64,000 nt of DNA from Amoebophrya sp. A120 (Eukaryota > Protista > Dinoflagellata), in NCBI GenBank assembly GCA_905178155.1, contig CAJINV010000002.1, positions 11,658,591 to 11,722,590 on the forward strand. Direction: 5' to 3'. The notes beneath the pieces are model-generated. The model was given only the letters and a program-made list of their open reading frames with translations, ran no database searches and had not been told where the DNA came from. The translations under genes were made by a program, and so were the position numbers. Of the stretch, positions 58,279 to 64,000 are shown piece by piece (positions within the stretch are counted from its first letter, which is position 1; the number at the start of each line of letters is the position of its first letter).

Positions 58279-59903
58279 TTTGGGAAGATTCTGACCCGCT
58301 CTTCCGCGGGATTTTTCAGCTTCTCCCTAAAAGACGATTCGAGAAAGTTTAGTGTCTTGCGACGTTGAAATTAGGAAAGCACAAAAAGCGATGTTTGGAG
58401 TTATGTGAAAGATTTCTTTGGCTTGCATGCGAACGATTTTTCGAATTCAACGAAATAATGGGCAGGGTAGACGCTTTTAGGACATCAAAAATGGGTTGGG
58501 GGTTTAATGTCTAGATGGTTTTTCATTTTCACAATTTTTGAATCAAGCTTCTGCTCCACTCGAAAAGAACCTAGTAAGCAACAATTTGGCGCTTCGCAAA
58601 GAAACTTCGCTCTCGCTCAAGTGTCATCTCCAGCTCAGCTACTCGCTCCCGTCAAAGATGAAGAAACAAACCCCTGCTCGCTCGCTCTCCTCTCTCGTTC
58701 CGTTTTGCCTTTTCTTTTATTTGGATAATATTGACTGGACGCACAGGACGGAAGGTTCGCAAGAGCTTCTGGCTTCTGGGAAGCGACCGGATTACTTAAT
58801 CTAGTGCAGTGAAAAGGAAATTTTTGGAGAACCTTGAATGATTGCTATCGTTCACTATATTGCATTAGCGGTCGGACGTCGGTCTCGGTATTCGCATCTA
58901 GAAACTCACCGGCTGCCAAGCGCAGCGCTGATCTGTAGCAAAGTTAGCTCTATCTCCGAGTAAGTAGTACCGCGTCGCCCGAAGAAAAGACGAGACGGTA
59001 ACGGCTCACTTCCATAGTGGGCAAAGACAAGAGAATCAATTTAGAACGTTGAACGGTATAGAATCAGTCATCACGTTGATGAACCACGGTATGCTGGTAA
59101 GTAAGTAAGCATACAATATCAATATGCTCGATTCGAAATATTTTTGCGCGGCTCCGCCGAGGCATGAGCTGATGTATTTAGTAGCGTTTTTAGAAGAAAA
59201 TGTTGAAGCAAAGTGGCAGATCCAGAAAAGATCTTCTAGCTCAATAACAAGTGTAGTATAGAATGCAAGCGAATTCAAAGTTCGTTAAGGGACAAGAAAA
59301 GGCATGGCCAGCTTTGGACCTGCCTTGCCTGTAGTGTAGGTGGGGGCAACATAGACAAAAGGGTGGCGTACAACGGCAATGAGAAGGATTCTAAATCTCG
59401 CAGCAGTATAGAAAAGCGAAAATAATGCAATCACGAAAACGAAGCTCTTTGGTCTTAGTAACACAAAATTGTGGCTGCTTTGAGGCTGAGAGAAGTTTTC
59501 AATTTTGTTTTGCGAGGGGGGGCAGGTCCTCGAATAGGTCTATTGCGCGGCTCAGGGCAGCCAGTCAATGACACTCCTGCTGATGGTTTTGATACAAGGG
59601 CCTCAGAGCTTGGAAGAACTTGTATATACTCAAAGAAAGAGACAACTCCACGCATCGGGTAACGGTGAACCTGCAGCGCGGCGACGACCGTTGGACGGTG
59701 ATTGAAAAGTAATCAGCGGTCAATTCTGTGGCTTAGTTTAAGAAATAATCAAGCACCCCTGGGTGGTGTTGTGTTTGCTTTTTGAAGAAAATATGAGAAT
59801 TTCTGTTGAAGTCATAAACTACTGAAGTATTCTGCGAGAGTCGCTTGGAAGAAGAACTAGTGGTCACAACTTTTCTACATTTCAAAAAACTTCCCTACTT
59901 CTT

Positions 59904-62900
59904 CTACCGCCGCGCCGACCACAGTGATGCGAGCAAGACGACGACAAGGCTGGAAACGCCCGGTATCCTCGACGGGAACGCGGCTGCCGTCTGACTTCGG
60001 CCCGAGTCCGACCCCTGGCTTTGCCCCAAAGCGAACCCGGGCACCGGGAACATGACCAGCACGGTCTTGTCGCTCGCCGAAATGCACCCGCCGTTGGCCT
60101 CGCACAACGAAATGGTCCACACGTTGTCCCGTGGCACCTGCATGGGCATGGTGACCAGGAACGTGAACTGGTAGATTCCGTTTTCCAAAATACCCGGGGG
60201 CGAGTTCAACGAAATTCTTATCCTGTCCTTCTCGGTGTAGTCCAGCCAGTTTGGGGTCTTGAGGAACATCCCGGGTGTCACCGTGGTTGCGGAATCTAGC
60301 TCCTGTCGGGACACTTCCACGTGTGACAACGCGTCGATGTTGTGCACAAAACCCATCGGGAAGTTGATCAAGATCTCCCCGATGCGGTTTTTGATCACGT
60401 TACCGTCGCTCTTGGGGGACTCGCGCACTTCAAACGACAGCGTTATGCCGGAGAGCTTCCCTGCTTCCGCGCGCGTCCAGTCGAGCGCGCGTCCCCGGAG
60501 ATCCAGACCCGGCTGCAGGGTCAGCGGCGCGATGCTGAAGACCGCGTCCCGGGCGAACTTGTTGTCGTCCCGATGAAAGAGCATGATCGCGAACTTCGAG
60601 TTCTGCGGTGTGCTCGAGGGGACGAGCGCACGCACACCGAACGTGTATTCGCCGAACACTAGCGTCTCTGTGAGGGTCAAATTGAACTGCGGAATGGCGG
60701 CCGGGTTGGTCGGCTTCGTGCACTCAATGTCGCCGCCTGAGCTGGGCAACGAAATCTTGCGCAAATTCGTCGGGTCACACTTGATCTCGAACCCTTGTGG
60801 GTGCTCAACCTGTTATTTTTCGTGGTTAATATTGAAAGGGCTCATGCGACATCGATGATCAGCATCACACTCACAGCTCCCCGTAGTTGTATACTTGATT
60901 AGTATTCACATTCGACACGATTTTGTTTTTGATTCGGTAACGACTCGCGCTTGCAAGAGGACAAAGAAAAACATATACCACAATGACGCCGCCATTTGTG
61001 AGCGTCTCGACGGTGGTGAAGGTGAAGGTCATTTCTGATTCTTGGTCCATCACACCCGTATATCGGATTCTGACCGGCCCCATGTCGCGCAGCTCGAAGC
61101 CCACGGGGTCCACGCCCCAGCCGATCACCTCTTGTGTTTGCGACGTGCCCTCCACGTACCAGTCCGTGAATAGCATCTGCGGCGGGGTTTCCATGATGAG
61201 CTTTACGATGATTGGACCGGTGAGTCCGCCCTGGATGACTTGCAGTCTTGCCTTCGCACGCCCCAGCTGTGCCTGCAGCGGCTGGCAAGACACGATGTCC
61301 GCCGCCATGTTGTTCGGACTGAGGCAGTCGCCCGCCGTGAAGTTCAGTCCCGGCGGAGCGATCAGCTGCATCTCCACCGGACTGGTGGTTTTGGGGTCAA
61401 TGAACAGGTCGCACTCGATTTTCGCCTTCGGCGACCGCCGCACCGCGGACGCCCGCAACCCGTAGGCCTCCACGATGTTCGGCTGCAGCTGCCCCTGCTC
61501 TCCGTCGTTGGTATTGGTGGGCAGCGCGCCGCCGTCGAAGGTCTTGAACGTCCAGGATTCCCCCATTTGGTACGGCGCGATCAAAGACACCGTGAAACTG
61601 TAGTACGTGAACCCCTGCATCCCGTTTTGCACGCACCCCTCCGGGCAAATCACCGCCTGCAGCGTGCGGCTCGCCAGGCCGATCACCGTGGCGGGCACCA
61701 CGTCGCTCGCCAAGTCGGACCGGAACCATGGGGGGTTGTTCTCGTTGTACTTGGTAATCTTGAAATTCCGCCTTTCCATCATGTACGACGGGTCGCCCGT
61801 GTAGGACGGCTCGATCGTGAGTATGTGTCCGGGGAGGACGTTCTCGGAAAACATCAGGTGGAAATCCGCGTAGCACAGGGACCCCATCTGCGGAAAAAAC
61901 CCGCTCTTGATCGGGTAGTTCTCCGGTATGCGCTCGTACTCGCTGTAGATCCGCGGGTACCGCGGGCGCATGACGAAACCGGGGAGGCGGAACCCGCCCA
62001 CGAAGTTCAGCGCCTCGTCCATCGCTTTGGTGGTGCCCGCTCCGCCGAACGTGGTGATGTCAAAGTCGGTTTGCCCGCCGCGGAGCCCGAGCTCCACCAT
62101 GGAGATCACCAAGCGGATGCGTTGGTTAGCCACGATCGGTGCCTGGATGTTGATCGAGGCCCCGACCGGGGGGTTCAGCGGGTCCACGATCGCGCCCTCC
62201 GGGTTCAAACTCAGCGGCAAGGCCGCCGATTTGAAATCAAACCCTGGCGGATTGTTGGCGACCAGCCGCACCTCGGACGCGTCAGAAACCGGCGTAAACT
62301 CGACTGTGATCTCACTGAACGCGCGGGCGGCCTGCTTCGAGCCGGTGAGCGATATACTGACGCTGGAGAGCTGAGGCAGGATTTCCCACGAACGAATCAC
62401 CTCACTGGAGAGAATCTGGGCAGTGGGTTGCTGCGACAATATGGTGCTCCACTCGTACACGCCCGCCGAGGTGTCGGTGCCTGATGATAAATTTTGAATG
62501 AATGTCGTGCCTTCACCGCATCGCGAACCACCAGAGCGACGCCATTTGATCATTCAAGTGTACTATCGCCATTTGATTTCTTTTCCACCGCTATCAGACA
62601 AGCCTCAACAACATCAAAAGAGGACTAAAAAAAATAAAAAACGTCGCACCTAGTAGCGCATCCAGAAAGCAGTTCCACGTGGCTCCCGGAAGGGCACATG
62701 GAGGATGGATAATGGACTTGTCAATGCCTCGCCAGTGCCAGATGCGGAAAAAGTTTTCAAACAAGAACGGCGTCTGCGAGGGATTTCTCGTATCAATGCT
62801 CAGTTGGAATTGCGTGTCCTTCTCGTGCTGTACGTTTTTTTGATGATTCGAATAAATAAAATTTCAAAGAACTTGTGGGAGCAAGGCGAATGGTGTGAAA

Positions 62901-64000
62901 CATCTAGCATGCTGGACGGCAGTGCACAGTTTTCGAAATTCGCATTCATTGTTGAATTAAAAAAAACATCAGTATAAGCAATTATTGTACCGCGATGCCC
63001 CCCATTGCGGCCGTCTGAATTTCAAACATCATCAAATTCCTGGTGCAGCGCGGTCCGGTTCGGTGACCGTTCGGCAGGGCAGCCATGTCTCCAAAGTTCT
63101 TCTGGGGGTCCAGCTGCTGCGCAGCGATGGTTTCCAGCGTTGGCAGCCACTTAAAGGCGGAGCACTGTTTCCGCGCCGGCTCGGCGAACTTGGACTCCAG
63201 CTTGAAGCCCGTGGGGGCCTCGATGACCACGATGTCACCCGGGTCCACCCGGTTCGGGAAGGCGAACGTGAAAGTTAAGTCCCGCACCTCCATCATGCCG
63301 TTGCGGACCTGCACGCCAGATTCGTCGCGGTTGACCACCATGGGCACGACGAGGGGGGGCGACCCGCTCCGGATCTCGATCGTGACCGGGTTCACCATGA
63401 AACTCGTCACGTCCGACTCATCCAGCGCCCCGGCGGCCGCGGCGGTCTCGTCCACGAACGACTCCAGCTTCCACACGTACTTGTGGTTCGTGCGCTCCTG
63501 CAGCGGGTTGTTCACCTCGATGTACTATCAAATGCAAAAATGTCTAGGTCTGGAAGAGTGCATGCTTGTCATGCTTGTCTGGCATGATTCTCAAATCTGT
63601 CATGCACGTTACCCAAGAGCGCCACTTTTCTGCCATGCAGAAACGCAGTTTGTCATGCAGAATAGGCAACACCTAGAAGCTCAGAAACTTGTCATGCTGC
63701 GCCAGCACTTGTGGCCTGCTCATGATACGCCACCCAGCATCACAAGTTTCCAGACCCAGACATTTTTGCAGTTGATATGTACACCCGGTAGTCCCGCCCC
63801 GTCTCCATGGAGGAGCCGATCAATTTCAGGTTCGTGATCTTGTCGTCCGTCTGGGACACGCGGCAGCTGGTCTCGTCCTGGCTCCAGCGCCGGCCGAAAT
63901 TCGTGCGCCCCTTCTCGTCGATCCAGTCCAGCTCCTCCACGTGGGCCGTGCACTCGAAGTTGGCGGCGACGAACCGGAAGTTCTGCTGCTGCAGCGACTG
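59904..64000 (-). CDS. 3' part of a second giant surface protein, paralogous to the 42412-58278 gene; 5' end lies outside the window
   Basis: ORFs 63740-63940, 62982-63515, 60871-62553 and 59904-60764. Same module motifs (VPRDNVW versus VPTDNKW; VPGFALGQ versus VPGYLFGQ) and hydrophobic C-terminus SLVVVLLASLW. Confidence 0.8.
63526..63777. mobile_element. introner with family-A TIR but different internal sequence (252 bp)
   Basis: TIR tatcaaatgcaaaaatgtctaggtctggaa ... ttccagacccagacatttttgcagttgata. TSD TGTAC at 63521-63525 and 63778-63782. Excision gives DYRVY|IEVNNP. Four TGTCATGC copies. Confidence 0.94.

Noticed and set aside
2384-63777. Bias of introner plus TSD lengths towards multiples of 3 (6 of 10)
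   Set aside because: The sample is small and non-independent, and the 3n copies checked contain in-frame stops, so read-through is not an explanation.
900-63837. Many long plus-strand ORFs (for example 900-1802, 16928-18439, 30448-31656, 61240-62484)
   Set aside because: They are antisense shadows of GC3-rich minus-strand genes and show no recognisable motifs.

Overview
Eukaryotic, intron-containing, gene-dense window. About 15 protein-coding genes all lie on the minus strand. This organisation, together with repeat-derived non-canonical introns, strongly resembles the parasitic dinoflagellate Amoebophrya (Syndiniales); the taxon is inferred, not proven. Genes include an Mss116/RH31-like DEAD-box helicase, a PhyH-like 2OG-Fe(II) oxygenase, a membrane GNAT protein, a MATH-USP-RING/TRAF-Zn-SH3-SH3 fusion, a RING-CH ligase, a methyltransferase-like protein, an HDAC-family protein, an EF-hand protein, RIO1, a YbhB/PEBP protein and two tandem giant surface-protein paralogues. 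The most striking feature is ten 110-376 bp MITE-like elements from five unrelated terminal-inverted-repeat families. All sit inside coding exons, start TAT, end ATA and are flanked by a 5-bp target-site duplication (TSD). Removing the element plus one TSD copy restores the reading frame exactly, yet no GT-AG register does so. One family occurs in both orientations, and all ten carry the 8-mer TGTCATGC. This points to an introner system with a shared, orientation-independent removal mechanism. Three enzyme-family proteins (USP, HDAC, PhyH) appear to have lost catalytic residues. No transposase, rRNA, tRNA or CRISPR array was seen. All coordinates were counted by eye and may be off by a few bases.
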